A stretch of DNA of 64,000 nucleotides from Eledone cirrhosa (GCA_964016885.1 CAXHJY010000502.1:1-64000); one strand, 5' to 3'; shown: positions 17,324 to 32,010, counted from the first letter of the stretch. The notes: generated by a model from the letters alone, not told the origin. Made by a program: numbers and translations.

Positions 17324-18384
17324 TTTATATATATATATATATATATATACATATATATACATATATTTATATATATATATATATATATATACATATATTT
17401 ATATATATATATATATATATTAGAAAGTGAGGTTTTTTTTACAAAATGAAAAATAACCGAGGTGTCCTACACGAGTGGAAGTATAAAGAAAAAGGGATGA
17501 AATCGAAAATGCGACTGAAGTCTTATTTTTTTTTTTTAAATATATATATTTATTTGGTTCCTTTACCGGTTTCGCAGTTCTTCTGCTTTTCAAAAGGTGA
17601 GTTGAGATGGAGGGTCTGTGGTTTTTCTCACATCTGGTTGGTCTCTAAATGTTACTTGTTTTATATGGAAAAACTGGCTCGAAAACCAGGTTTTTCGAGA
17701 AGTAATTTGATTGGTTTGTCAATAATTATAATAAATTTCGCGCCAGTTCGCGTTACAATAGTTCTTCAAATAAGAGAGGGGGGGTTGTCACAGGTTGTTT
17801 TTTCATATATGAGTGTTTGAATTTCTTTTTACTTGAAAAAATGAGGCTCACGAAGGCTTTTTTTTGGTTGGTTATAAATGAAATTTGGCTGTCACGTGAA
17901 CAAGTTTTCATTACATTTTTGCGCCCTTATTTGGAAAACTATTCTGTAGTCTTTATAGTGAATGTTATGACAATGGAGAGATAGTGGTCAAGGGAAAAGG
18001 GATTGGGAGAAATGTTCTGGTTCAGTGAATATGGCCAGCTGTCAGAGTTCAGATTTTCTATTGAGACTGAAGATATGTGTTTATTTGTGTGCTTGTGTGT
18101 GTGTATATATGTGTGTGTGTGTGTGTATGTGTGTATTGGAAGATGATTCTATTAGTAGAGATGGTGGAGGGAGTTGTGTGTGTGTGTATATGGGTGTTAT
18201 GTGTGTGTGTGCGAGTATGTTAGATAGAGAGAATATATATTTTTTGTGTGTGTGTATATATATATGTGTGTAGGAAAGTGTTTCTATTAGTAGAAATGGG
18301 GAGGGTGTTGTAGGTGTGGGTGTTTTTATGTGTGTGTATGGGTGTTATGTGTGTGGGAGTATGGTTAGCATGTTAAGATGAAGA

Positions 18385-18419
<35 letters not shown>

Positions 18420-18627
18420 GTGTGTGTATGTGTGTGTGTAGGAAAATGATTCCTTTAGTAGGAATATTTTTGAATGAACATATTTTCCTGACTTTTTCGT
18501 GTTTGCTGTTGTATTGCCAGTGCAAACGTATGTTTAAGGTTTATTTAGTTCGGATTTTTATTTTCTAAAGTAGGTGTTATGTGTGTGTGTGTATGTCATA
18601 TTGTGGTGTTGACATAATGTATATTAA

Positions 18628-20907
18628 ACCTTATTTAATGTTGGTCTATATTTTTGAATAAACATATTTTCCTTATTTATTCGCATTTGTTCTGTTGTAT
18701 TGTTGGCGCAAAGGTAAAATGGGAAGACTTGGATTTTGGGTGTCTTATTACTTGCGCAAATGTCTAGATGTGCACTTAGTGGTATTTGTCTCGTGGTTGG
18801 ATCTCGTAATTGTCTCGTAATTGTTGGCGATGAACTGTCATTCTGTTTCTGAGTGTGAGTTTAGTTTGTCCTATATAATCTTCATTGCATCCTTTACATT
18901 TAATGGCATAAATTAGATTTTTTGATGAGCAAGTGAAGTGATTTTTTACAGTAAAATTTTGTCCTGATTTAAATGTATACGTGTTGCCTTCAATGAGGTG
19001 AGTGCAGGTTCCACAATTAGGGCGACCACATTTTTTGATACTTGGTTGTGGGTTTGTGGTAGGTAATTTGGCATTGGTGAGTAATGTTTTCAGTGATTTT
19101 GGTTGTCTTTTGCTTTTGATTATTTTGTGTGTTTCAAGGGCATTTTTCATTCTTGGGTTTTGTTTTAGTAGTGGGATGTTATTGTGAATAGTGTTGTAAG
19201 CTTCCGCATTTCTTGGGTTGTGTGTTGAGATATATGATAGAATATTGGCCGTACCTTGAATTTGTTTCTGTTTCCGTAATTCATCAATGCCTATTGCTTT
19301 AGCCCTTTCTATTCCATTATTTATTAGTAATAGTGGGTACTCTCTCTCTCAAGTAGAATTTCCTTTAATTCTTGAAGTCTTTTATTTCGCGTTTCATAAT
19401 TGGAGACAATTGTGCAAATTCTTCTTGCTAGGTTAAAAGGAATGTTCGTCTTCGTGTGCTTTGGATGGTTGGAGGTGAATAGCAGATATTGTTTGGAATC
19501 TGTTGGTTTGTAGTGTATGTCAGTTTCGATATTTGTGTCTTTTTTTGTGATTAAGATGTCCAGAAATGGGAGTTGATCTTGGCTGTATTCCATTGTGAAT
19601 TGGATGTGGTTATTGATGCCGTTTATTAAGTTTTTGAAATCCTTCAGTTGGTCGAGTGTGTGGGACCAAAGAATGAGGCAATCATCCAAGTAGCGTTTCC
19701 AATTCTCTGATAAATATTTGTGGAAGTTCAATCCGTATTTTGATTTGGACTGTTCATATATCTGGACTTCTAAGTATGCCATGACTAAGTTGGCATAAGT
19801 TGGAGCGGCTTTTGTGTCCATCGCAGTCCCCGATATTTGCTTGTAAGTATTGCCATCGAAATCAAAAAAGTTGTTCTATAGGATGAATTTTAATCCCTCG
19901 GTGATGAAGCTTTTTTCTATTCTGTCAGGTATCTCATTGGGATATTTCTCTAGCCAGAATCCTATTGCTTCTAGTCCGTATTGGTGTGGGATCGTTGTGT
20001 AGAGATTCACTACATCGAAAGACACAATAATAGTGTCGTTGTTGACATGTTTGGGGAGGTGGTTTAAGAGGTCCAGATCGTCTCTTACAAGGCTTGGTAT
20101 GTGTTTCAGTATTGGTTTCAGTAGTATGTCTATAAAGTTGCTCAATCTGTGTGTTTCACATTGTGGGCCCGCTACAATTGGTCTTAATTTAAGGTCTGTG
20201 GGGTATTGTGTGTTCACGCAGGCTGAGGTGGATTGTTTACAGGCATCGTTGATTATTTTACATTTGTGGATCTTCGGAAGTCCGTAAAGGTTGCTGGTTT
20301 TGTATTCAAAATTTGTTAAATAATCGCGTTCCTTTTTAGTTAGGTCTTCCTGGTATCGATAAATCAGTGTGTTTAATTTGGTCATTATTTTTGATTGCTG
20401 GTAGTTTTTTACTCTTTCATAGTAATTAGCATTTTGTAAGAGAAAGAACATAGAATTTTTATATTTTTCAGCCTCCATAATGACAACAGTACTTCCCTTG
20501 TCCGCTTCCTTAATTACAATGTCCGGATTGTTTTTTAGTTCATGGATAATCTCCCATTCCCTTCGACTTGTGTTGGGTTTGGGTTTAGGTTGCGGTAGTT
20601 CATGGTATGGGAAGGTAGCTATGTGGTCACAAAATTTGTCCAGAACTCTGTTTCTACCTTTTGTTGGGTTGTAGCTGCTTTTATTCCGTACAATTGATTC
20701 GTCGTTATTCTCCTTGTCAAAGAATTCCTCTGTGAGACGTAATTTTCTACAGAAGTGTGAGATATCGTCATTTATCTCGTTGGGGTTAGGATATTGTGGT
20801 GTTGGTGTGAATTTCAGACCTTTGGAGAGAATTTTCACTTGTTGGGCTGAGAGGTTTGTATTTGAAATGTTAATTATTTTCGGTTTTTCAAAATCGGTTT
20901 GTGCCAC
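18628..20907 (-). pseudogene. PLE RT + GIY-YIG ORF, disrupted
   Basis: LSKGLKFTPTP, ADKG, YGLPKIHK, FDVVNLYTTI, RYLDD, CGRPNCGTC, LIYAIKC...YIGQT; TAG at 19876-19878, frameshift near 19345 and an 11-bp duplication at 18802-18823. Confidence 0.92.
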
Positions 20908-22076
20908 CGGGTGTCGTGAGTCCTGTAGCCTTGGTCTAAAAAATGATTTTTCTGGAATGTTTTTTCATTGGTATTATTATATCTAATGGTATTTCCCCTG
21001 TTGTTGTGTGGTCTTGTATAGAAGTTTCGGACGTATTGAGGTTCGGTTTGTTGATAGTCCGGGTTGTAGATTTGGTTCCTTTGTGTGGGTTGGGATCTAT
21101 GGTTTTGGAACAGGCTCTGTGTGGGCAGGGGTCTACGGTTTGGGAATAGGTTTTGTGTGGGTTGTGATCTGCGGATCAGGTCCTGCCTTGTGTTCGGGGA
21201 TCTTTGGTTTTTGTTAGTAGGGTTATAGTTTTCTCTATGGTTTCTGGGATTATCGTTATAGTTTTGCTGGGGGTATGTTGGACGTTTTGTTACTTTTTTT
21301 GTTATTTGTTGTGCATGTGGTGTGTGAGTTTTAGTTTGTTTTAAAAATGGGTTACCTGTATGTTGTTCATTTTTGAAGTCCATTTCGTAGTTGTTGAACC
21401 AGGTGGCGTTTTTTTCCCATCGCTGGAGGGATGTGAGTTCTTCATCCTCACAGTTTTCTTTCCAAAGTTTTAGGGTTTTTTTGTAGAGTAGGCCTTCAGA
21501 GTGCTTTGAGATTTCTGTGTCCATCTGTTGGTCGAGTGACTTGAATTTTTCTTCGTTGGAGTTGGCTCTTAATCGCAACAGTTCTATTTCTGTTTTAAAT
21601 TTTTCCAATGCCATCTTTTCCCTAAGTCTTTGTTGGTTTTCTGGTTCATTCGGGATGGGTTTTATTTGGAGTTTTTTGGGGAGGATGATTGGGGTAGAGT
21701 TTAGCCACTTTTCATATATGTCTGCCTTGCCATTATTTTTTAGGAGATTCCAAAGGGCGAATTTGCGGGCTGTGAGCTTTTGAGTCCATATGTTGATTAG
21801 GGTGTTTTTCACTGAGTGGACATCTCGTAGATTGGGTTCTAACGGTTGTTCAAGCTTTTGGAGCATTGCTGTTTCAATGGTTTCGATTAGCTTAGTTAAT
21901 ACTGGAGTAATATTCGTCTCTTGGGTATTTTCTGTTTCTTCGTGGGGTCCTTTTTTATAGATGTGTATTTGGTCCACTTTGTTGGTCAAAATTGAGAGTT
22001 TAGAGGAAATCTCTTTGAGTTCATTTAAGATGTCCTGGTTCAGTGAGTTGTTGTTTTGTTGAGACTTTGGTGGCAT
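20874..22076 (-). CDS. Upstream ORF1 of the PLE, 400 aa; helical N-terminal part, Q/N/R/P-rich C-terminal part; function unknown
   Basis: ATG 29 nt inside the 5' pLTR boundary, uninterrupted, overlaps the RT frame in -1. Confidence 0.75.
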   Translation of the reverse strand: MPPKSQQNNNSLNQDILNELKEISSKLSILTNKVDQIHIYKKGPHEETENTQETNITPVLTKLIETIETAMLQKLEQPLEPNLRDVHSVKNTLINIWTQKLTARKFALWNLLKNNGKADIYEKWLNSTPIILPKKLQIKPIPNEPENQQRLREKMALEKFKTEIELLRLRANSNEEKFKSLDQQMDTEISKHSEGLLYKKTLKLWKENCEDEELTSLQRWEKNATWFNNYEMDFKNEQHTGNPFLKQTKTHTPHAQQITKKVTKRPTYPQQNYNDNPRNHRENYNPTNKNQRSPNTRQDLIRRSQPTQNLFPNRRPLPTQSLFQNHRSQPTQRNQIYNPDYQQTEPQYVRNFYTRPHNNRGNTIRYNNTNEKTFQKNHFLDQGYRTHDTRWHKPILKNRK

Positions 22077-22513
22077 TTTCGGTCTTCGTGTGGTGGGTAT
22101 ATATTAGAAAGTGAGTTTTTTTTTACAAAATGAAAAATAACCGAGGTGTCCTACACGAGTGGAAGTATAAAGAAAAAGGGATGAAATCGAAAATGCAACT
22201 GAAGTCTTATTTTTTTTAAAAATATATATATTTATTTGGTTCCTTTACCGGTTTCGCAGTTCTTCTGCTTTTCAAAAGGTGAGTTGAGATGGAGGGTCTG
22301 TGGTTTTTCTCACATCTGGTTGGTCTCTAAATGTTACTTGTTTTATATGGAAAAACTGGCTCGAAAACCAGGTTTTTCGAGAAGTAATTTGATTGGTTTG
22401 TCAATAATTATAATAAATTTCGCGCCAGTTCGCGTTACAATAGTTCTTCAAATAAGAAGGGGGGGGGTTGTCACAGGTTGTTTTTTCATATATGAGTTAT
22501 TCATATATGTTTT

Positions 22514-22974
22514 CACTGAAAACATTACTCACCAATGCCAAATTACCTACCACAAACCCACAACCAAGTATCAAAAAATGTGGTCGCTCTAATTGTGGAA
22601 CCTGCACTCACCTCATTGAAGGCAACACGTATACATTTAAATCAGGACAAAATTTTACTGTAAAAAATCACTTCACTTGCTCATCAAAAAATCTAATTTA
22701 TGCCATTAAATGTAAAGGATGCAATGAAGATTATATAGGACAAACTAAACTCACACTCAGAAACAGAATGACAGTTCATCGCCAACAATTACGAGATCCA
22801 ACCACGAGACAAATACCACTAAGTGCACATCTAGACATTTGCGCAAGTAATAAGACACCCAAATTCCAAGCCTTCCCATTTTACCTTTGCGCCAACAATA
22901 CAACAGAACAAATGCGAATAAATAAGGAAAATATGTTTATTCAAAAATATAGACCAACATTAAATAAGGTTTAA
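22514..22974 (+). pseudogene. Intact GIY-YIG domain in the inverted 3' copy
   Basis: CGRSNCGTC...LIYAIKCKGCNEDYIGQT...KENMFIQKYRPTLN; lacks the 11-bp duplication of the main copy. Confidence 0.88.
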
Positions 22975-23998
22975 TATACATTATGTCAACACCACAATAT
23001 GACATACACACACACACATAACACCTACTTTAGAAAATAAAAACCCGAACTAAATAAACCTTAAACATACGTTTGCACTGGCAATACAACAGCAAACACG
23101 AAAAAGTCAGGAAAATATGTTCATTCAAAAATATTCCTACTAAAGGAATCATTTTCCTACACACACACATACACACACACAATATATATATATATATATA
23201 TATTTTCTTCATCTTAACATGCTAACCATACTCCCACACACATAACACCCATACACACACATAAAAACACCCACACCTACAACACCCTCCCCATTTCTAC
23301 TAATAGAAACACTTTCCTACACACATATATATATACACACACACAAAAAATATATATTCTCTCTATCTAACATACTCGCACACACACACATAACACCCAT
23401 ATACACACACACACAACTCCCTCCACCATCTCTACTAATAGAATCATCTTCCAATACACACATACACACACACACACACATATATACACACACACAAGCA
23501 CACAAATAAACACATATCTTCAGTCTCAATAGAAAATCTGAACTCTGACAGCTGGCCATATTCACTGAACCAGAACATTTCTCCCAATCCCTTTTCCCTT
23601 GACCACTATCTCTCCATTGTCATAACATTCACTATAAAGACTACAGAATAGTTTTCCAAATAAGGGCGCAAAAATGTAATGAAAACTTGTTCACGTGACA
23701 GCCAAATTTCATTTATAACCAACCAAAAAAAAGCCTTCGTGAGCCTCATTTTTTCAAGTAAAAAGAAATTCAAACACTCATATATGAAAAAACAACCTGT
23801 GACAACCCCCCCCCCCCCTCTCTTATTTGAAGAACTATTGTAACGCGAACTGGCGCGAAATTTATTATAATTATTGACAAACCAATCAAATTACTTCTCG
23901 AAAAACCTGGTTTTCGAGCCAGTTTTTCCATATAAAACAAGTAACATTTAGAGACCAACCAGATGTGAGAAAAACCACAGACCCTCCATCTCAACTCA

Positions 23999-24036
23999 CC
24001 TTTTGAAAAGCAGAAGAACTGCGAAACCGGTAAAGG
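23999..24036 (+). ncRNA. Variant minimal type I hammerhead (other copies 17560-17597 -, 22242-22279 -)
   Basis: cctt-TTGAAAA-gcag/aagaa/ctgc-GAAA-ccgg-TA-aagg. Confidence 0.7.
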
Positions 24037-24108
24037 AACCAAATAAATATATATATTTTTAAAAAAAATAAGACTTCAGTTGCATTTTCGATTTCATCCC
24101 TTTTTCTT

Positions 24109-24140
<32 letters not shown>

Positions 24141-24567
24141 TTTATATATATATATATATATACATATATTTATATATACATATATTTATATATATATATA
24201 CATATATTTATATATATATATATACATATATTTATATATATATATACATATATTTATATATATATATATATACATATATTTATATATATATATATATTGT
24301 TATACTTGGGGAGGGTCATATTTGCGTAATATTGCCAGAATTAATAACAGAACACACTCACTGTTTGGTTGGTTTTCGCTTCTCGCTGTTTTTTATTATA
24401 TCTGCGATCTAACTTACTCGGTCCTCAATGTTGCCATTGACTGACCGGCGGTCAAAAATAATACAGATGCAATATAGACACAAACACATATATAGATATA
24501 TAGTTTACATAATTTACATAAATCTTTCGTTGCACATCTGCAACATCGTCAGTGGTGTTATATTCAT

Positions 24568-26943
24568 ATACAAAACATATAAGATGGGTAATATCTATCC
24601 TACGAGGTTACCCTTTAATAAAAGAGTTTGCATACCACAGCAAATAGATGACGAGACGGAGGCACAGTTCACCATAGCTAGAAATAAGATTAGACAGGTA
24701 GTAGACAGGTACACTATGAGACAGAGCAGACCAGAGGCCCAACAACTTGGGAGAAAACCTGTAGAAGGCTTGGTTAGCCTCAAGCAGCGCACAAGGGATG
24801 GTGAGGTAGTGTGTCTACCCACAGATAAGTCTGGTAGGATGTCAATAGATAGCATGCCGAACTACATCGAGGCAATGCAACCCCACATCACCAACACGAG
24901 CGAAGTTGCACAACTAACACACGATGGGAGAGAAAAAATCCTCAACGCTCACATGATGATGTGGACTGACATCCTAAAGCCAAGCAGACGCACTGCCAAC
25001 AACTTCCAGGCGTCTAACAATGGCATACCACCCTTGTATGGGCTCCGCAAAGACCACAAGACAGTCGACGACCCGACAACAGGACCACCAACAAGACCCG
25101 TATGCGGAGCTAATATAGCTAGCAACTACAGGATCTCCTACTTCCTCTCAATGGTTATACGCCCCATAATCAAGATGTCCCCAGATGTATGTGAAAGTAC
25201 AGAGGACCTCCTCAGCAGAATCAGTGAGTGCAACAAAAACAGGAACCTATCCAACTGCATAATAGGCAGCATGGATGTAGTGTCACTGTACCTATCCATT
25301 AACATTGATTTTGCTGTGAAAAGATGTGTGGAGATGATCATTGAGAGTGAGGTGGAGTTCTGCGACGTCGACACAGACGAACTGGGCCTCCTACTTAGAA
25401 TTACCTACGACACTGACTACCTAGACAGCCATGACCTTAGATGTTTCTGCCCTAGTAGACCTATAAGAGGTAGACCCCCCACCATAACCTCAATGGCTAA
25501 AAAGACTCCCATAGGAAGGTGGATTGGGTGGACCAAAGCCATACGGACCCCCCAAAACACTGATCAGGTAAGAAAAATGGTCGCACATGCAATAGGGGCT
25601 AGTATCAAAACTACCCTAAAGGGCCACATATTTAAGTTCAATGAGAAAATCTACACCCAAAATGAGGGAGCAGCCATCGGCGTCAGCATAGCTGGTGATG
25701 TTGCCAACCTTTTCATGGTATGGTGGGAAAGGAGACTTAAAGATCTCCTTAATGAAAGCTCCATAGACCTCATCATGTACTCTCGTTATGTAGATGATAT
25801 CAATATAGTTATAAGAACACCCCCACTAGAGAGCACTAACAAGTTTGATTTAGAACGTAGCACGATGGAAAGCATCCAGCAGATAGCTAATTCCATACAC
25901 CAGAGTATAACTGTAACTATAGACTTCCCTTCCAAACACCCTAACAATAGACTACCTGTATTAGACACAGAACTCTGGATTAACACTATAGACGAGAGAG
26001 CCCAAATCCTCCACTCACACTATGCTAAACCCATGGCCTCCAAATACCTGATACTCAAAAACTCAGCAATGTCCAGTAGTGCTAAGTTTAATATTCTGAT
26101 CGCAGATTTGGTACGAGTGATGAAGAATGTGTCCAGCATGTGCGACCCAACAGAAATGGAGGACACATCCAACACTTCATCAACCGCATGCAGTTCTCTG
26201 GCTACAACCAAAGAGACAGAGTCAGAGTATACGAAGGAGCCATGGAAAAGTATAAGACCCTCATAGAACTGGACATGAAAGGAATCTGCCTACCATACAG
26301 GAGCAAATCATGGAATAGCTTAGATAGGGCTAGACATAAGATAGGGAAGGCCACATCATGGTACGACAACCAGAGATATCAGAGTGTCATGTTTGTGGAC
26401 GCCACCCCTGGAGGGAAATTAGCTAACCAGTGTAGAAAGGCCCTGAGAAAGACCCACTTAAAAATAAAGGTGGTAGAAAAGCCAGGAACCACCATAAAAT
26501 CCCTGATCAGCAAAACCTACCCTTTTAAGAAAACCCACTGTACCAATAGGAAGTGTATCATATGTAAGATGAACCCCCGGATAAACTGTAAAACTAGAAA
26601 CGTAGTCTATAGCATAAGATGTACAGAGGGTACTTGCAGAAACATGACAACAACATACATAGGTGAGACAGCTCGTAGCATAGGTGAAAGGATAGACCAA
26701 CACTGGGGGGAACTAAAAGGACGAAAAAACGGGTCAGTACTATACGAACACGCTAGACAACAACATGACGGTAACATAGACAACATAGAAATTAGAATAA
26801 TATCTAAACATAGGAATGACCCAGCAGATAGGCAAATCAGAGAGGCCAGTGAAATAGAAATTAGAAGACCAAAGCTAAACAGAAAGAATGAGTGGAACAA
26901 CAACAACACCCAAACAAACAACACTGACCTAAGAGAAGTATAA
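24568..26943 (+). pseudogene. PLE RT + GIY-YIG, one frameshift near 26160
   Basis: PTDKSG, YGLRKDHK, TRPVC, MDVVSLY, GAAIG, RYVDD, VLD; CTNRKCIIC; VVYSIRC...YIGETARS. Confidence 0.9.
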
Positions 26944-27224
26944 ATAAGTAAATAAAATTAAATAAAATAAGATAAATAAATACATACACAAGCACAATAA
27001 CAACAAGCACATAAACACACACTAGTCACCCAGCAGACACAACACTATACACACTAGTCACACATCACACATAACACTATACACACACGCAAACGCATGC
27101 GCAAAGAAGACAAAATAAAATAAGATAAACAAACAAGCAAATAAATAAATAAATATATAGACAGACTGAATAAAAAATGGCGTAGACATACAACACAACA
27201 GGAGGAACAATGAATATAACACCA

Positions 27225-27252
27225 CTGACGATGTTGCAGATGTGCAACGAAA
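27225..27252 (+). ncRNA. Candidate hammerhead core (other copy 24525-24552 -)
   Basis: CTGACGA-t-gttgca/gatg/tgcaac-GAAA; stems I and III not resolved by eye. Confidence 0.55.
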
Positions 27253-27524
27253 GATTTATGTAAATTATGTAAACTATATATATATATATGTGTTTGTGTC
27301 TATATTGTATCTGTATTATTTTTGACCGCCGGTCAGTCAATGGCAACATTGAGGACCGAGTAAGTTAGATCGCAGATATAATAAAAGACAGCGAGAAGCG
27401 AAAACCAACCAAACAGTGAGTGTGTTCTGTTATTAATTCTGGCAATATTACGCAAATATGACCCTCCCCAAGTATAACAATATCTGTTTCGACACACGAT
27501 TTCATATAAAAAACCTCGCAATAC

Positions 27525-27606
27525 TATATATATATATATATATATACATATATTTATACATATATTTATATATATATATATATATATACATATATTTATA
27601 TACATA

Positions 27607-27646
<40 letters not shown>

Positions 27647-27690
27647 TTTATATACATATATTTATATACATATATTTATATACGTATATT

Positions 27691-27756
<66 letters not shown>

Positions 27757-27775
27757 TTTATATATATTTATATAC

Positions 27776-27814
<39 letters not shown>

Positions 27815-28099
27815 TTTATATATATTTATATACATATACATATATTTATATATATTTATATATATATTTATATACATATACATATATTTATATATATTTA
27901 AGTTGAAATAAAATGAAAACGAAATTTCATTTCTCACTCTTAGTATGGCACTTACTTAAATGTAAGTATGTATGTATACGTACATACATATATATATACA
28001 GACGTACAGTAGCATGCATATATATATATATATATATACATATATACTTACAGGTACACATACATATATGCACGCATCAGTTTATTATTTATATATATT

Positions 28100-28138
<39 letters not shown>

Positions 28139-28381
28139 ATATATACATATATTTATATATATTTATATATATATATATATATACATATATTTATATATAT
28201 TTATGTATATATATATATATACATATATTTATATATATTTATATATACATATATTTATATATATTTATATATATATATATATACATATATTTATATATAT
28301 ATATATATATATATACATATATTTATATATATATACATATATTTATATATATTTATATATATACATATATTTATATATATT

Positions 28382-28416
<35 letters not shown>

Positions 28417-28523
28417 TTATATATATATATATATATACATATATTTATATATATTTATGTATATATATATATATACATATATTTATATATATTTATATAT
28501 ATATATATACATATATTTATATA

Positions 28524-28565
<42 letters not shown>

Positions 28566-28663
28566 TTTATATATATATATATATATATACATATATTTAT
28601 ATATATTTATATATATACATATATTTATATATATTTATATATATACATATATTTATATATATT

Positions 28664-28702
<39 letters not shown>

Positions 28703-28825
28703 TTATATATATATATATATATACATATATTTATATATATATATATATATATACATATATTTATATATATTTATATATATATATATATATATATGTACAT
28801 ATATATACATATATTTATATATATT

Positions 28826-28856
<31 letters not shown>

Positions 28857-29021
28857 TTATATATATTTATATATATATTTATCTATATATATATATATAC
28901 ATATATTTATATATATTTATATATATATATATATACATATATTTATATATATATATACATATATATATACATATATTTATATATATATACATATATATAT
29001 ACATATATTTATATATATTTA

Positions 29022-29053
<32 letters not shown>

Positions 29054-29112
29054 CAATATATTTATATATATTTATATATATATATATATATACATCTATT
29101 TATATATATTTA

Positions 29113-29144
<32 letters not shown>

Positions 29145-29572
29145 CATATATTTATATATATTTATATATATATATATATATACATATATTTATATATATT
29201 TATATATATATATATATACATATATTTATATATATTTATATATATATATATATACATATATTTATATATATTTATATATATATATATATATACATATATT
29301 TATATATATTTATATATATATATATATATACATATATTTATATATATTTATATATATATACATATATTTATATATATATATACATATATTTATATATATT
29401 TATATATATATATATACATATATTTATATATATTTATATATATATACATATATTTATATATATATATACATATATTTATATATATTTATATATATATATA
29501 TATACGTATATATACATATATTTATATATATTTATATATATATATATATATATACATATATTTATATATATT

Positions 29573-29636
<64 letters not shown>

Positions 29637-29818
29637 CGTATATTTATATATATATATATATACATATATTTATATATATTTATATATATTTATATATATA
29701 TATATATATACATATATTTATATATATATATATATATACATATATTTATATATAAATATATATATACATATATTTATATATATATATATATATACATATA
29801 TTTATATATATTTATATA

Positions 29819-29856
<38 letters not shown>

Positions 29857-29888
29857 TTTATATATATTTATATATATATACATATATT

Positions 29889-29919
<31 letters not shown>

Positions 29920-30018
29920 ATACATATATTTATATATATTTATATATATATACATATATTTATATATATATATATACATATATTTATATATATATATATA
30001 TATACATATATTTATATA

Positions 30019-30060
<42 letters not shown>

Positions 30061-30064
30061 TATT

Positions 30065-30098
<34 letters not shown>

Positions 30099-30190
30099 CA
30101 GATATTTATATATATTTATATATATACATATATATATATATATATTTACATATATTTATATATATATATATACATATATTTATATATATA
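27525..30190. repeat. (TA)n tract containing an island at about 27900-28090
   Basis: Direct reading; island repeated at about 38499-38700 and related to the reverse complement of 47131-47187. Confidence 0.93.
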
Positions 30191-31310
30191 TTGTAGTTGT
30201 AGTTGAGGGAGTCAAATCAAGCCCAGCCAAAGTCAGTAGTGGAGTCCCACAAGGCACTGTGTTGAGCCCACTTCTCTTCATCATCTATATTAATGACATC
30301 ACTGACATCATCAAACACAGCAACATTAAAATTTTCGCTGATGATTCCAAGCTCCAAAAGGTCATCAATGGCGTGGATGACCGGATAAGCCTTCAGTCAG
30401 ACCTACTGGCTGTTACCCAATGGGCAGAAAAGAACAACATGTTACTGAACGAAGACAAATTCGAACTGATCCACTTTGGAAAAGAGGATGCTCTGAAACT
30501 CCCGTACTCCCTTCCCTCCGGGGAAACTCTCGTGGCATCTAACAACATCAGAGACTTGGGAGTAACCGTGGACAGCAACATAAGCTGGACCACGCATATA
30601 AGCAGCAAAGTTGACATGGCCCGCAGAATGTGTTCCTGGATCCTCAGAACCTTCCAGTCGAGAGATTCCCGCACCATTATCCTTCTCTTCTCTACTTTCG
30701 CCCGACCACACCTTGAATACTGTTGTCCACTGTGGTCTCCCCACACGAAACAAAGTATCATGAAACTTGAAGCTCCTCAAAGGGCAATCACGAAAAAGAT
30801 AGATGGCATGTCAGACCTTGACTACTGGGGTCGATTGGAAAACCTGAAACTTTACTCACTCCAACGTCGCCGTGAGCGTTATATTATCTGCATGATGTGG
30901 AAAATGTTCCATCATCACTGCCCAAATGATGTTGGCATCGCCTTCAAGATACACCCAAGGCTTGGGCCCCGTGCTATCCGTCCCATTCAAAAATCTAAAT
31001 CGCAACTCATAACAACAATACGGCACAATTATTTCACCTCAATCGGCCCTGCTCTCTTCAACATCACACCGGGACACGTCAAAACAGAAACTGACCACAC
31101 AAAATTCAAGAAGTCTTTGGACAAATTCCTCCAAGTAATCCCGGACAAACCACCCACACCCGGATATGTCTCCGCAAACAGTAATTCTCTTCTCGAATGG
31201 GCCATGGTGCCCAAATCCTGAATTGAAAGACTTCGCCAGGTGGTGCTATTAAGTTAGACATGGCCTGGGCCAATACTGGCCAAAACATTTCAAAGTTATT
31301 CAAAGTTATA
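30191..31310 (+). mobile_element. 5'-truncated CR1-like LINE: RT C-terminal part (to stop at 31221) and short 3' UTR
   Basis: [54 protein letters not shown]; 3' end in tandem ttcaaagtta. Confidence 0.88.
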
Positions 31311-31353
31311 TATATTTCATATGTTTATATATATATTTATATATATATCTATA

Positions 31354-31416
<63 letters not shown>

Positions 31417-31425
31417 CTATATATT

Positions 31426-31466
<41 letters not shown>

Positions 31467-31476
31467 ATATTTATAT

Positions 31477-31532
<56 letters not shown>

Positions 31533-31537
31533 ATATT

Positions 31538-31578
<41 letters not shown>

Positions 31579-31583
31579 ATATT

Positions 31584-31654
<71 letters not shown>

Positions 31655-31673
31655 TTATATATATTTATATATA

Positions 31674-31788
<115 letters not shown>

Positions 31789-31789
31789 T

Positions 31790-32010
<221 letters not shown>

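Larger units (their letters stand above)
17421..24112 (-). mobile_element. Full-length-like Penelope/Neptune-type PLE: 3' pLTR 17421-18627, ORFs, 5' partial pLTR 22105-22496, inverted 3' copy 22510-24112
   Basis: 17421-17813 repeated directly at 22105-22496; about 22514-24112 is the reverse complement of about 17482-19095; TA flanks. Confidence 0.93.
24296..27524 (+). mobile_element. Penelope-like element (clade unassigned), 5'-truncated, with inverted pLTR 24296-24567 and 3' pLTR 26944-27524
   Basis: 24296-24567 is the reverse complement of about 27211-27483; TA flanks. Confidence 0.9.

Noticed and set aside
17446-24042. Repeated short ORFs (for example VPLPVSQFFCFSKG.., also MIHLLKMT.. and MKHNILNL.. 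elsewhere)
   Set aside because: They recur only because the non-coding pLTRs are duplicated; no protein motifs
24428-24567. N-terminal extension of the 612-aa RT ORF
   Set aside because: It is antisense pLTR sequence fused in frame at the inversion junction; the same applies to the first codons of ORFs 22468 and 59835
27913-31221. 1102-aa ORF as a novel repeat-RT fusion protein
   Set aside because: The first ~760 codons are TA repeat that happens to be in frame with a truncated CR1-like RT starting near 30191
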